A DNA stretch of 32,000 nucleotides from Acholeplasma laidlawii PG-8A. Lineage in GTDB: Bacteria; Bacillota_I; Bacilli_A; Acholeplasmatales; Acholeplasmataceae. The notes beneath the pieces were generated by a model. It searched no databases and was not told where the DNA came from. It saw only the letters and a program-made list of their open reading frames with translations. Below are positions 8,383 through 19,000 of this stretch, piece after piece; position 1 is the first letter of the stretch; the number at the start of each line of letters is the position of its first letter. The DNA lies in contig NC_010163.1 of NCBI RefSeq assembly GCF_000018785.1, forward strand, positions 1,140,001 to 1,172,000. The letters are read 5' to 3'. The position numbers and the translations under genes are program-made.

Positions 8383-8970
8383 TTATGGTATAAAATTATC
8401 TTGATTTTTGGCACTAATGACTTTAAATATAAAACCAAGTAGGATTGGAACAATCATGTTCACCCAAAGCAACATATGAAGACCAATACCTGGATATGGA
8501 AGTTCATATATCTCACCAGATAATCTAAAACGCATCGCTTCAATCAGATTAAATACAATAATTAATAAAATTAGTACGAGCGCAATGTATACATAATTGA
8601 ACTTCTTCATATACTTGTATGCGATAGCTTTTGTGATTTCACCTTGACTGATAAATGTATATATAAGCAGTGATAAGGTAATGATCGTGATGATAAAAAT
8701 TGCTGTAATACATAATGCAATGATTGGTCCTTCTTCAAATGATGTATTAAACCAAGTTATGACGAGATACCCTGTATCACTTGATGACATACCACCTTCA
8801 AAATCTACAAATGGTAAGAAAAATATAAACAGATTTACAATCATTAATCCCATAAATATGTATGCTACCATTTTAAATGACTGATGATCGATAGGTGCTG
8901 CATATTTAATTTTTTCAGTTTTAGTGATGTCTTTTAAGTCTTCTTTTGCTAGTTCTTTTAATTTATGCAT
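8383..8970 (-). CDS. Membrane protein of unknown function
   Basis: 195 aa with about 4 hydrophobic helices and no family motif I recognise; bounded by a terminator. Confidence 0.6.
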   Translation of the reverse strand: MHKLKELAKEDLKDITKTEKIKYAAPIDHQSFKMVAYIFMGLMIVNLFIFFLPFVDFEGGMSSSDTGYLVITWFNTSFEEGPIIALCITAIFIITIITLSLLIYTFISQGEITKAIAYKYMKKFNYVYIALVLILLIIVFNLIEAMRFRLSGEIYELPYPGIGLHMLLWVNMIVPILLGFIFKVISAKNQDNFIP

Positions 8971-9054
8971 GTTTTATTTTCCCCTTATATTGAATATGTT
9001 ACTTTAAGCCCCTTCATATTTTAACATTAATATAAACGGAAATGAAATAAATAA

Positions 9055-10059
9055 TTAAAACATAATGGATAAAACTACAAATGAAACAATTACAACAGAG
9101 ACATCAATAATAACAGCAACCATCATTGGTTTAACACCAACACTTGTTACTTCTTTAAAACTTGTTTTTAAACCAATGGCACCAAGTGCGGTTGCCATAA
9201 AAAATTTAGAGATACTTGAAATAGATAAGACCCAATCATCTGATAATATATTTAAACTTCTAACACCAATAAATGCGATAAATCCTAAAATAAACCATGG
9301 AAAAATTGCTAATATGTTTACTTTTTGATTTATCTTTGAAACACCTTGATTTTGATTTTTACGTGCATAAATATATGAGAATATAATAACGATTGGAACA
9401 ATAAATAAAGTTCTTGTGAGTTTCACAATCGTTGCTAGTGCACCTGCAAGTTCTGAGAATGCATAACCAGCTGCAACAACTGAAGATGTATCATTTACCG
9501 CAGTACCTACCCAAAGCCCAAATGTTGTATCTGTCATGCCAAGAAATACACCAATCCAAGGAAATACAATCACAGTAAGTAAATCAAAGATAAAAGTTGC
9601 TGATAATGCATAAGCAATATCTTTATTATCTGCTTCAATGACCGGACCTAAAGTAGCAACCGCAGTACCTCCGCAAATGGCTGTACTAATGGATAGCATG
9701 CTTGTTAGTTTCCAGTCAATCTTAAATAATTTTCTACAAATATAGCCTACACCAAATGCAGTAAGAAAAGTAAATCCTAATAGTATCAGTGCATATTTTC
9801 CTGCTTCAAATACTTGGCTAAAACTTAAGGATATACCTGCTAAAATAATACCTGTTCTTAAAATATATTTAGCGGACCAATCAATACCTGAATCTAGTAC
9901 ATCATACTTATGTAACAATGGATTTAATAACATCCCTAATAATAAAGCAATTAATGCCATACCAATTAAATCTACTGGTAACACATTGTTGATAGCAAGT
10001 GATACACCTGCAATCATAAGACTAACCAAAACCCCTGGTGCATATTTTTTAATCATCAT
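9055..10059 (-). CDS. YeiH/UPF0324 family permease (putative sulfate exporter family)
   Basis: About 334 aa, ~9-10 hydrophobic helices, ISTAICGGTAVATLGPVI and WVGTAVNDTSSVVAAG signatures. The track start at 10071 places the GAGGAG Shine-Dalgarno inside the CDS; ATG at 10059 or 10056 fits better. Confidence 0.85.
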   Translation of the reverse strand: MMIKKYAPGVLVSLMIAGVSLAINNVLPVDLIGMALIALLLGMLLNPLLHKYDVLDSGIDWSAKYILRTGIILAGISLSFSQVFEAGKYALILLGFTFLTAFGVGYICRKLFKIDWKLTSMLSISTAICGGTAVATLGPVIEADNKDIAYALSATFIFDLLTVIVFPWIGVFLGMTDTTFGLWVGTAVNDTSSVVAAGYAFSELAGALATIVKLTRTLFIVPIVIIFSYIYARKNQNQGVSKINQKVNILAIFPWFILGFIAFIGVRSLNILSDDWVLSISSISKFFMATALGAIGLKTSFKEVTSVGVKPMMVAVIIDVSVVIVSFVVLSIMF

Positions 10060-10082
10060 GACGCTCCTCATCTTGTCATAAA

Positions 10083-10125
10083 ATAAAAACCCCTATGACG
10101 CATAAAATCGTCACGAAGTTTTTAT
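10083..10125 (-). terminator. Composite hairpin, probable terminator of the C39-like lipoprotein gene
   Basis: Nested inverted repeats: outer ATAAAAAC (10083-10090) / GTTTTTAT (10118-10125), inner TGACG (10096-10100) / CGTCA (10109-10113). Confidence 0.5.
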
Positions 10126-10193
10126 CTTTGTCATATTTAGTTAACTCTATTTTAACAAATAAAAATAAATAGTGTTAAGAAACTATAAATCAT

Positions 10194-11333
10194 TTAGATT
10201 GTCTCAGATTTTACAATAATATAGGTATATTGACGCCATACTTTTAAGACTTGTTCCATCGGATATTTTCTTTCAACTTTACTATCTTCATATTCTGCAG
10301 GATCATTGAAGACACCATGCCATACACCATTGATTTCTTCAAATCCTTTTAAGACAACCAAATGTCCTGCAGGAAATGCCATGATAGCTCCGTTTAGTTG
10401 ATCTGCTGATGTTGTTGAAATTGAAAAAACAACTGGTATATCATTTAATATATAGTCTATAACAACACTAAAGTCTTCAATATACTCAACTCTTGCAGCT
10501 ATACCATCTAGTGATCCTGCATAACTTGCATTAAAGGTCCAGTTGCCATAGATCCCTTTGCTATTGTCATATACTTTTTTAGCCATCTCTTGTTGTGTAA
10601 ATGTATAACCATAATGATTTAACACCATAGCAACCGAGGTTGGAGAACAAATAACATTACCAATGTTTGGAATACTTAATTGTTGCATCGGTGCAACATC
10701 AATGACTTTATTGGTTAGTTTTGATGCATCATAAGTTAATGCACTATCTACGCTTTTGGTTGTAACACTGATATTTTTAATTTCTAACTGGTCTGCACTA
10801 CCTGCAATAACGGTAAATTTAAGTTTAATATAATTATTTTTACTTGGATCTTTATTAATTAAAGTATCAATACTTACACGACCATAAGGATCATCTAAAC
10901 TATTAAATGACATATGGTTTTCATCTTTAAATAAGCCCATGATTTGGTAACTACCAAAATCAGTACCATCACCTAATGCAATAAAGAAAGTAATTCTTGC
11001 ATCTTCTAGGTTTTTAACATTCCATGATAAAACCAATTCATTAAAGTGATTCACTTCAATCGGTTCACTTTCATAAGTAGCTTGTTGGGCTGCATCCTCT
11101 AGTACGATACTTTTGTTTGAATCAAGTGATAAATTAATTATGGCAGCCTCTTCTTTTACATACCATAATTCATCTGCATAAATCGTCTTAGTACCATCTA
11201 CTTTGACTTCAATAGGTTCTTCTATAACAGGTTCGTCGGTGATTTCTTCATCTGTATTAGAATCACCTAGACTACATGCAGTAAGTAAACTTGATAATAA
11301 TATAGTAAGTATGGTTATTACATAACGTTTCAT
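10194..11333 (-). CDS. Lipoprotein with C-terminal peptidase C39-like (papain-fold) domain
   Basis: 379 aa. Signal and lipobox LSSLLTAC; IGNVICSPTSVAMVLNHYGY (Cys and upstream residue context of C39-like proteins) and PAGHLVVLKGFEEINGVWHGVFNDPA. Confidence 0.78.
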   Translation of the reverse strand: MKRYVITILTILLSSLLTACSLGDSNTDEEITDEPVIEEPIEVKVDGTKTIYADELWYVKEEAAIINLSLDSNKSIVLEDAAQQATYESEPIEVNHFNELVLSWNVKNLEDARITFFIALGDGTDFGSYQIMGLFKDENHMSFNSLDDPYGRVSIDTLINKDPSKNNYIKLKFTVIAGSADQLEIKNISVTTKSVDSALTYDASKLTNKVIDVAPMQQLSIPNIGNVICSPTSVAMVLNHYGYTFTQQEMAKKVYDNSKGIYGNWTFNASYAGSLDGIAARVEYIEDFSVVIDYILNDIPVVFSISTTSADQLNGAIMAFPAGHLVVLKGFEEINGVWHGVFNDPAEYEDSKVERKYPMEQVLKVWRQYTYIIVKSETI

Positions 11334-11411
11334 AGTTTTAAACTCCTTAGGGTATAGAACTCATAAATTATATACTTATTATAACATCATATGAAATCTA
11401 TCAAAAATATA

Positions 11412-11437
11412 AGCGTATCTAGTAAATTAGATACGCT
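11412..11437. terminator. Strong hairpin downstream of the five-gene surface cluster
   Basis: AGCGTATCTA (11412-11421), 6-nt loop, TAGATACGCT (11428-11437). Confidence 0.65.
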
Positions 11438-11442
11438 CATTT

Positions 11443-13272
11443 TTATTTTTTATTTTTATAATCCGTTAATGTTTTTGTAACATTTGATTTGATACTTTGT
11501 TTAAGTTTTTGATGTGCTTCTTTTAACTTCTTTAATTTAAGTTGTTTTTCTTTTACCAACTTTTCACGTTCTTGCTTTCTCTTAAGCGCTTCACGTTCTT
11601 TAATACGTAGTTTTTCTTGTGTCAGTTTTAGTGCTATCTTTTCTTTTTCAGCTTTCATGCGCTTATTTTGAATTTCTCTATACGTTTTAATCTCAGCTTG
11701 ATACTTATCTTGTATATCTTTAATCGCTTTATTATTTTTAATTCTTTGATCTTGTAATGCTTTTTTACTTTTTGAAGTTTCTGCTTTTTCAAGTGCTTTT
11801 AAAGTCTTATTCACTTCTTTTTGCATGTTTTGGATGAGTGTTTCATCATGCTTTTCACCAGATTTAATGATGCTTTCAATAGCATCTTCTTGGAGTTCAG
11901 TAAGTAAGTTAATCCATTTATCTTCTAGTAATACAGCATCTGTAAAAAGTTTTTCTTTAACTTGTCTCGCAGCCTTCGTCATGAGGTATCTGTTTAATGC
12001 TTCCTCATACTTTTTAACAGGATGCTTGTAGGTAAGTAGTTGACTAAATACATCATCATCTTGATTAAGTTTTAAGTAAGCATTAAAGATTTGGTCTGCA
12101 ATTGAATATTGATCCAGCAACACTTGTTTTAAATAGTTCGTGTTTTCTGGATTATTATCAATTACTAGATTAGCAAGTTCTTTTCTACTCATCAGTTGTT
12201 TTGCTTTTTCTAAATGATACTCTGTAGCAAGATTAGCTTCTAATACCATTTCAGGTATCGTTACATTCACACGTTCTACATAGGTTTCTGCATCACCTTT
12301 TATAGGTGTAAGGGACTGGAATGATACATCCTTGCTGTCAAGTAAGGAAATCCCCATATCACTATGTACAAATACACTTGTAAAGAGTGCCATTAAACCT
12401 TTATCAATATCATCAATCGAGGTGTCACTTAATGCTTTACTAGCTTCTTGAAGTTGTAGTGTAAAATCTAATACATTTAATCTATCTAAATAAAGCCATA
12501 GGGTATATGCATTTCTAAAGTCAGCATTTTTTTGAATCATTTGTGTTTTTAATATCGGTGGAACTACTTTTTTATAGCGTGACATGATGCGCATAAAGTC
12601 ACTGTGAAACATTCTAGATACCACTTTAAATGCAGCCTCAGTTCTCTCCAGTATACGTTTATTATGTAAATCAACTTCACCTGAATCAAATGTTTCTTTA
12701 GCATTTAACTCAAAATTTAAAGTATAGACAGAGTTACCTAATTTAAACTCGTTTTCTAGGTTAAAATTGGTTTGTTTATATCCATGGATATGGGTGTGAA
12801 TTGCTTCAATACGTTTAAGTAGATAGTGGTATAAACGATCAATTAACGTCATAATTAGTCTATTTTCATAAATACCGTAATCAAGTTCACTCACGGTATT
12901 TAATACTTTAGAAGGATATACTTCATCATCTTCATTAATATCTTTAATGTACTTAGTATTTCTTAGTATATGTCTTACAGATTCATTACTGGTACGTCTT
13001 GTACGTTCTACTGGAAGTATTTCTTCCTCATATTTAAGAGTATTTCTAATGTTACTAATAATTTGGTTTAGACTTGGGAAAAAAGATTCGATTTTAACAA
13101 TCCAATCTTCATCAAACTTTTTATATTCTAACTTATCTAAATGTTTAATTAAATCCTTATCTTGAATCGATAATGGTTTAAGAATTTGAGGATAGTATCC
13201 TGTATCATAAACAATATCTATACTTTTAGATAGTTCTTCTTGAAAGAATTTAATACGTTCTTTATTATTCAT
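11443..13272 (-). CDS. Large coiled-coil-rich protein, tentatively DUF2357/McrC-partner-like
   Basis: 609 aa. Middle segment LHNKRILERTEAAFKVVSRMFHSDFMRIMSRYKKVVPPILKTQMIQKNADFRNAYTLWLYLDRL resembles the DUF2357 core that accompanies McrB-like ATPases; long basic coiled coil at the C-terminus. Lies next to the AAA+ gene. Confidence 0.5.
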   Translation of the reverse strand: MNNKERIKFFQEELSKSIDIVYDTGYYPQILKPLSIQDKDLIKHLDKLEYKKFDEDWIVKIESFFPSLNQIISNIRNTLKYEEEILPVERTRRTSNESVRHILRNTKYIKDINEDDEVYPSKVLNTVSELDYGIYENRLIMTLIDRLYHYLLKRIEAIHTHIHGYKQTNFNLENEFKLGNSVYTLNFELNAKETFDSGEVDLHNKRILERTEAAFKVVSRMFHSDFMRIMSRYKKVVPPILKTQMIQKNADFRNAYTLWLYLDRLNVLDFTLQLQEASKALSDTSIDDIDKGLMALFTSVFVHSDMGISLLDSKDVSFQSLTPIKGDAETYVERVNVTIPEMVLEANLATEYHLEKAKQLMSRKELANLVIDNNPENTNYLKQVLLDQYSIADQIFNAYLKLNQDDDVFSQLLTYKHPVKKYEEALNRYLMTKAARQVKEKLFTDAVLLEDKWINLLTELQEDAIESIIKSGEKHDETLIQNMQKEVNKTLKALEKAETSKSKKALQDQRIKNNKAIKDIQDKYQAEIKTYREIQNKRMKAEKEKIALKLTQEKLRIKEREALKRKQEREKLVKEKQLKLKKLKEAHQKLKQSIKSNVTKTLTDYKNKK

Positions 13273-13281
13273 GACTCACCA

Positions 13282-14775
13282 CTATATTTGTTTAATAAAC
13301 TTTAAAATCATGTCTTTAGATTCTTTAAGTTGATTCTTACCAAAGAGTTGATCAAATAATTGTAGTAACGTTTCGAGTTCATTTTTTAAGAATGGTAAGT
13401 TTAATGTTTCAAATTTACGAATAATCTTACGTGCAATAATATAGTCAATCCCTTCAATTTCACTGCGGCCACATGCCACGTAAATTGGAATAAATTTATA
13501 GAGCTGGTTCATAATACGATTACCAAATGTAATTTGGAATGTTTCACTAATAAACTCATCTAACTTTTCTAACGCTACTAGGTTCTTATTTGATATCTCA
13601 TGCTCTTTATAAGCTGTTTTAAATAGTTCATCTAAATAGTCATAAGAGATATTTATTCTATCTAACATTTGACCTTTAAATGGTTTAGCTTTTTCGTTCA
13701 TGACAATAGAACTTGCTCTATCATATACCTTATCTGTAATACCAAATGTGGAGTCATCATTATTTGCAGTACCAATAAACCAAACGTTTTTAGGTATTTG
13801 AAGTTGTCCTTCTTTTAAGTGCATTGGATCACCAATTAACTGTTCAGGGACTACTTCAATTAACCACTCATCACTGTTTGGTAGTTCTAGTAAGGATAAG
13901 AAGTCAGCAAAGTAATATTCTACTCTAGCTAAATTCATTTCATCTAGAACAATTAAATTAATATCTGTTCTATAACTTGCATCATATAGACTTGTTAAAA
14001 ACTCAGTTTCATTAAACTTTTTAGTAAACTCATTGTAGTAGCCCATCATTTCAAAACGGTCACGCCAAGAAGGTTGGACTGAAATAATAGATGCATCATT
14101 TTTAATAAACTTACCAAATACATAAGGTAGACTGGTTTTACCTGTACCTGAAATACCTTCTAGGATTAGTATTTTAGACGTTGCTAGACCTGCAATAAAT
14201 GTAGATGCTATCTTTTCTGAATAATAGATATTATGGTGTGAGCTTGCATAGTTGATAAAGTGTGTAACAATCTCACTTAAAGATAATTTGTCCTTATTAG
14301 TCATAAGGGTTGGTAAGACTGTGTATTTATATTTATCATCTATTAAGTTTAATTTTGTAAAGCGTGATCCTGTTGCAAGTTTTGGTTTACCTTTAGAATC
14401 ATTTAAGTTGAGCTTTGGTCCTTCAACATGAATAACTGTTGCATCACGCACTTTTCTTTCTAACATATTCATCTGGTTTAGTAAGGTCATCTTATCAAAC
14501 TCAATTTTAGCAAATCTAAAATATCGTTTAACAAGTTGTACAATAATTAACCAGGTCATGACGTATAAGAGTATAAATATAATGATAAAACCTATCGATA
14601 AAATCCAATCGATCAAATTAAAATTGATGGATTTATCCATTAAATAGTGATAATACTCTATCGGGTAACCAATAAATAAATTATAGATACCAGTGAAAAA
14701 GCCACTGATTAAATACCACAGATCGAGGAAGAATGTTTTAAAAAACTCTACTACCCAATTTGAAAAATGATCCAT
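13282..14775 (-). CDS. Membrane-anchored McrB/MoxR-like AAA+ ATPase
   Basis: 497 aa. Two N-terminal hydrophobic segments; Walker A GISGTGKTS; Walker B INLIVLDEMNLARVEYYFADFLSLLE; sensor region VWFIGTANNDDSTFGITDKVYDRA. TAATG coupling with the upstream gene. Confidence 0.85.
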   Translation of the reverse strand: MDHFSNWVVEFFKTFFLDLWYLISGFFTGIYNLFIGYPIEYYHYLMDKSINFNLIDWILSIGFIIIFILLYVMTWLIIVQLVKRYFRFAKIEFDKMTLLNQMNMLERKVRDATVIHVEGPKLNLNDSKGKPKLATGSRFTKLNLIDDKYKYTVLPTLMTNKDKLSLSEIVTHFINYASSHHNIYYSEKIASTFIAGLATSKILILEGISGTGKTSLPYVFGKFIKNDASIISVQPSWRDRFEMMGYYNEFTKKFNETEFLTSLYDASYRTDINLIVLDEMNLARVEYYFADFLSLLELPNSDEWLIEVVPEQLIGDPMHLKEGQLQIPKNVWFIGTANNDDSTFGITDKVYDRASSIVMNEKAKPFKGQMLDRINISYDYLDELFKTAYKEHEISNKNLVALEKLDEFISETFQITFGNRIMNQLYKFIPIYVACGRSEIEGIDYIIARKIIRKFETLNLPFLKNELETLLQLFDQLFGKNQLKESKDMILKFIKQI

Positions 14776-16034
14776 TATCTTCTACCTCTTTTCTGTTTAT
14801 CCGCTTTAAATTGAAGTCTTTCTTTCGTGATGTGTGAAACATTTAAAAGAGATCCATCTTGAATTGATTTTTCTGTTTTGTATAAGACTTCTATATGATT
14901 TACTTTTGCAAAATATAATAATTCTGCAATCATATCATGTTCCATGACTTTATCATCAATTTCTAATCTCTTAATGTGATAACGTTGTAGTGCTAGATAT
15001 AATCCTTGATGAATCTCATCGACATGCATCGACATTTTAACACCTAAGTTACTAAGGGTTAATATATTTTTTATGAGTTCATCTTCATAAGTCACATTAC
15101 TTAATCGAATCGATAATATGACATTTTCTAGTAAGAACTGATTCGCCTTAACGATTGTTTGTAGATACTCTATGAAGGTTTCTTGTTCTAGTGTTGATAA
15201 TAACACTGGAATATTAATGTTTGCATAGATATTTTCATGATATAACTTGTTTAATATCATTTCTACTAACATCATATTGACCCAACTCATATCACTAACT
15301 GGTAGTTTATTTAAGAATACATCCAGTTTAGAACCATTAATCAGTAGTTCATTGAATACTTCATTTGTCTTTTTAATCTTTAAGGTTTCAACTTGATAGG
15401 TTTTTAATTCCAGTTCTACTTGTTTTAATTTATTGATTAAGTCTGCATAGGTTTCATAATCTTCTTTAACCATATCATCATGTGATGTGACTGCGCCTAA
15501 ATGTTTAATTGATGAAATAAGTGTACTAGAAAGTGCCTTTAAGTCAAAACTGTCGATTGTTGCAACACTTGCAGTTTTTGTAATATGGATGCCATTTTCA
15601 TGATAGGTCTTTTGGGCAAGCAGTTTAAATTGCTTGCCTAAAAGTTCTTTATCTTCATCCATAGAAGGGTAATACACAATAAATGTATCCCTTTGGTTGG
15701 TTTGTGCTAATTTACCACCAAATGGTAAATATACACTCAACTCTTTTGCGATATGTGTTAGGTAATTTCTAACTGTGTGATCGCTATATGTATGTTCAAC
15801 TAATGATAGATTGTTGATTTTTACTAAATATAAATAAAATGTGTGATTCTTTTTTTCTTGATATGCCAAATACTCTAAAAAGAGTTTATATTTTATGACT
15901 AGATTAAGGGTCAACATCTTATGTTTTTTCATCTTTTTAAGACTCTTTAAGTAATAATGAATACTTAAGTAGACTAAGACTAAAACAATAATGATTGCAC
16001 CTAAACTAATCAAACTTTTTTGTAGTTCATTCAT
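14775..16034 (-). CDS. Membrane-anchored protein with degenerate GGDEF-like and EAL-like domains
   Basis: 419 aa. N-terminal TM; aa ~63-180 follow the GGDEF pattern with NQRDTF replacing GGDEF; aa ~205-400 follow the EAL pattern (VILSIRLSNVTYEDELIKNILTLSNLGVKMSMHVDEIHQGLYLALQRYHIKRLEIDDKVM...AELLYFAKVNHIEVLYKTE) without catalytic residues. Confidence 0.6.
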   Translation of the reverse strand: MNELQKSLISLGAIIIVLVLVYLSIHYYLKSLKKMKKHKMLTLNLVIKYKLFLEYLAYQEKKNHTFYLYLVKINNLSLVEHTYSDHTVRNYLTHIAKELSVYLPFGGKLAQTNQRDTFIVYYPSMDEDKELLGKQFKLLAQKTYHENGIHITKTASVATIDSFDLKALSSTLISSIKHLGAVTSHDDMVKEDYETYADLINKLKQVELELKTYQVETLKIKKTNEVFNELLINGSKLDVFLNKLPVSDMSWVNMMLVEMILNKLYHENIYANINIPVLLSTLEQETFIEYLQTIVKANQFLLENVILSIRLSNVTYEDELIKNILTLSNLGVKMSMHVDEIHQGLYLALQRYHIKRLEIDDKVMEHDMIAELLYFAKVNHIEVLYKTEKSIQDGSLLNVSHITKERLQFKADKQKRGRR

Positions 16035-16047
16035 CTGTTATACCTTT

Positions 16048-19000
16048 CTAGAATATGAGTTGATTTTTATCTTTCTTGTTGTTTTTTCTAATACGTTTAA
16101 GGATGTAAGTCATTGCTGCTATAACCCATAAAATGATACTTATAATCAGTAAAATTGTAAGTAGTAAACTTGGTTGTTGTACTCTTTCAATAATGACCAT
16201 ATAATGCTGTATAGAGCCATCTTCTGCTTGCACAGATATTTTAATAACTTGGCTTTCTTGGATATCGGTTAAGATGATTTCACCCATGTTATTGGTACTA
16301 AAATCGCTGCCATTAATCGATACTTTGGAACTGTTATTCGCAACCGCATTTAACTTAACTGATTGTGTACCGTTAGACAATGAATATTTATAAACGAACG
16401 GATCGTTTTCATCGGATGTTATGACTTCTTCGTTATTAATTTGTAATAGTGTGATTTCTTTTAAGTTACTTAAGGATGTATCTCTTCTTAATGTTAATAC
16501 ATAAGTTAACTCTTCTAAACCATCACCACTAGTTACTGTGATGTGAACCACAGTATCTTCAGAACCAATCTCTCTAATACCAAATCCTCTAATACTTGCA
16601 CCACCTTGATCTTTAGCAAACCCTTTGATATTTACATATCTTGTATGTTTACCAATGATGATGGTGTATTCTAGTGTATCATCTAATAATGGAATGGTAT
16701 TTTGAATATCGTGTTCTCCAATCATTTCATAGACTGTTAATTCACCTAATAATGCATTGGAGTTTACATAAGATATATGTAGTTTATAACTAGATACATC
16801 ACCACTTTGAGCTTTAACTTCAATGGTAATCGTTCTTGTTTGACCTTCTATTAATGTATAGACATCATTTCCTTTAACTGTACTATTGTCACTTTGAGCT
16901 ACCCCATAAATATCAAGGTATTTTTCAAATTGTAGTGGATGTACGATGGTATATTCGAAGATGTCCGGATTAAAGCCTCGAACCATTTCACCATTTATCT
17001 CTAGAGTTTCTAATAAACTATTGGTATCAGGCAGTTGTCTATTGACATAGATTGTATATACTTCTGATGTATTTGAACCATTGGTGGATTCAATTCTAAA
17101 TCTGTAAACTATTTGACTACCTACACCAAAACTTTGGAGTCTGTTATCTTCAATTTCTGTATTACTTGCATCTAAATAGATTACATTACCAATTGTTTGG
17201 ACAATCAGTCTTGTAGTATCTACATTAAATGGTACTAAGATATCTTCATAAACATAGATATTATTTTTAAACTCTAAACCAAAGTATGAAATACCATCAT
17301 CTCCAAGAATGGAAATATCTTTGACTTCTGCAAGACTTGCAAAATCTAAATCATGTAATACGTAAATGATATATTCACCAATACTACCATCTTCTGCAAC
17401 TACAGTTACAGTAATGATGGTATTGTAGTATCCTTCAACTTCACCATGTAGTTGGATGATGCCGGTGTTATAAAGTATTTGAGTTTCATGATTCTTTTCT
17501 GCTAATACATGGACTGTATTTAGTTTCATATCATCATTTAATGTAATATTATATGTACGGTTTTCTGGATTAAATATAGATTGGTCAAATGCTAGTATAT
17601 TACCGTTAACATCTTCTATTACTAATGTTTTTAGTGTAGTATCTGTATTTGGTAGTGCTCTTGTTATATTAAATTTATATTCTTTTTCAGCAACTGTACC
17701 ATCTTCTGCAGTCACTCGTAAGCGAATCACTTTAGTTAGTCCTGGTATCAGTGCGTATGCACCTTCACCAAATACCGTTGCAGCCTTACTTTCAGTATGC
17801 CCTTTAATATACATTTCATCATGTCCAAAAGGTAGTTGAATGTTATATTCATAGATAGTTGGGTCAAAATCGAATATAAGTTTGTTGATTGGAATTTCAA
17901 TTGTGACATCTAATAAATTGGTGTTATCACTTAATACCGGGTCTGTTGCTTTACGTTTATAGACGTTAATAGTGTATTCAATGCCTTTATCTCCATTTTC
18001 AGCTATAACATAGAACTTCACTGTGATTGTATTTCCAGAGGTTAGGTTAAAGTCTTTACGTGTATTAATTTCTTGTACACCGTTAATAAATACGAGTGCT
18101 TTGTTATGTGTCTCAACACGTAAACGTGCAATCGTTGTCGATGCAGGAAACTCTAAGTCATAAGTTGTGATTTCAGGATCAAAGTTTAGACGATTAATAT
18201 TGGTACTTGCATCAAAGAAACGCACGTCAATGATTTGGTTATCACTACTATAGGTTTGTTCAATAGTAAGGGTAATAGTCTTGGTTGTTTTACCACTTTC
18301 GGATGTAAAGACAATTCTAATCGTGTTTTGTCCAAAACTTAAATTGACGTCATGATCTTGTACTAAATTACCTTCAGTATCATAGATAACATAAGTACCA
18401 AAATTACTTATCATTGGTATCACTTTGATGGTTTTTTGGTCATTTGTAACACTATCCATCACGTAATCTAATACGCCTTCTTCATAAATATCTGTTTGAC
18501 CTACAAGTAATTGATCAATTAAAATCTCATCATTTACTTTTTCCACTTCAATTAAGTAGGTTCTAGCAGGTTTGTTAAGATCTTCTGGTTGCACACTAAT
18601 TTCAAATCGGTTGATACCGTGTTTAATATTTAACGGTATTCGTAAATCACCTGTTACTGTTTGTTTAGTTGATGCATTTGTAACATCTATCATGATGTGT
18701 TCTACAGTTTCATTGACTACAAATTTATATGTATTTGTTAAAGCATCAAACACTATTTGTGGGTTCACTGATGCATCACCTAATAGGTAGAGGTTATCTT
18801 GTGTTTTAACTAGGATGTTATCTAGAGTGTCTAAATCATCTAGTAATTGTTTAACTAAGACAGTATATGTTTTTGTTGTTGAACCATCTTCAGATGTGAC
18901 ATCTATTTTGATGGTATTTTCACCAGGTAAGATATCTAAAATAAAGTGTTCTGATAAGTTTCCATTAATTTTAACTGTTCCATATAGATCAGTTAGTACT

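Noticed and set aside
8681-9328. Plus-strand ORFs 8681-8884 and 9065-9328
   Set aside because: Antisense to membrane-protein genes that have clear hydrophobic-helix patterns.
10096-10113. TGACG-N8-CGTCA inverted repeat as a regulator binding site for the YeiH gene
   Set aside because: It is nested in a longer hairpin (10083-10125) with T-rich flank and is more simply explained as the terminator of the lipoprotein gene.
11825-13165. Plus-strand ORFs 11825-12031 and 12947-13165
   Set aside because: Antisense to the 609-aa coding sequence; no independent support.
11443-14775. Annotation as a standard McrBC type IV restriction system
   Set aside because: The AAA+ protein has N-terminal TM helices rather than a DNA-recognition domain, no PD-(D/E)XK motif is visible in the partner, and the genes are packed with surface-protein genes.
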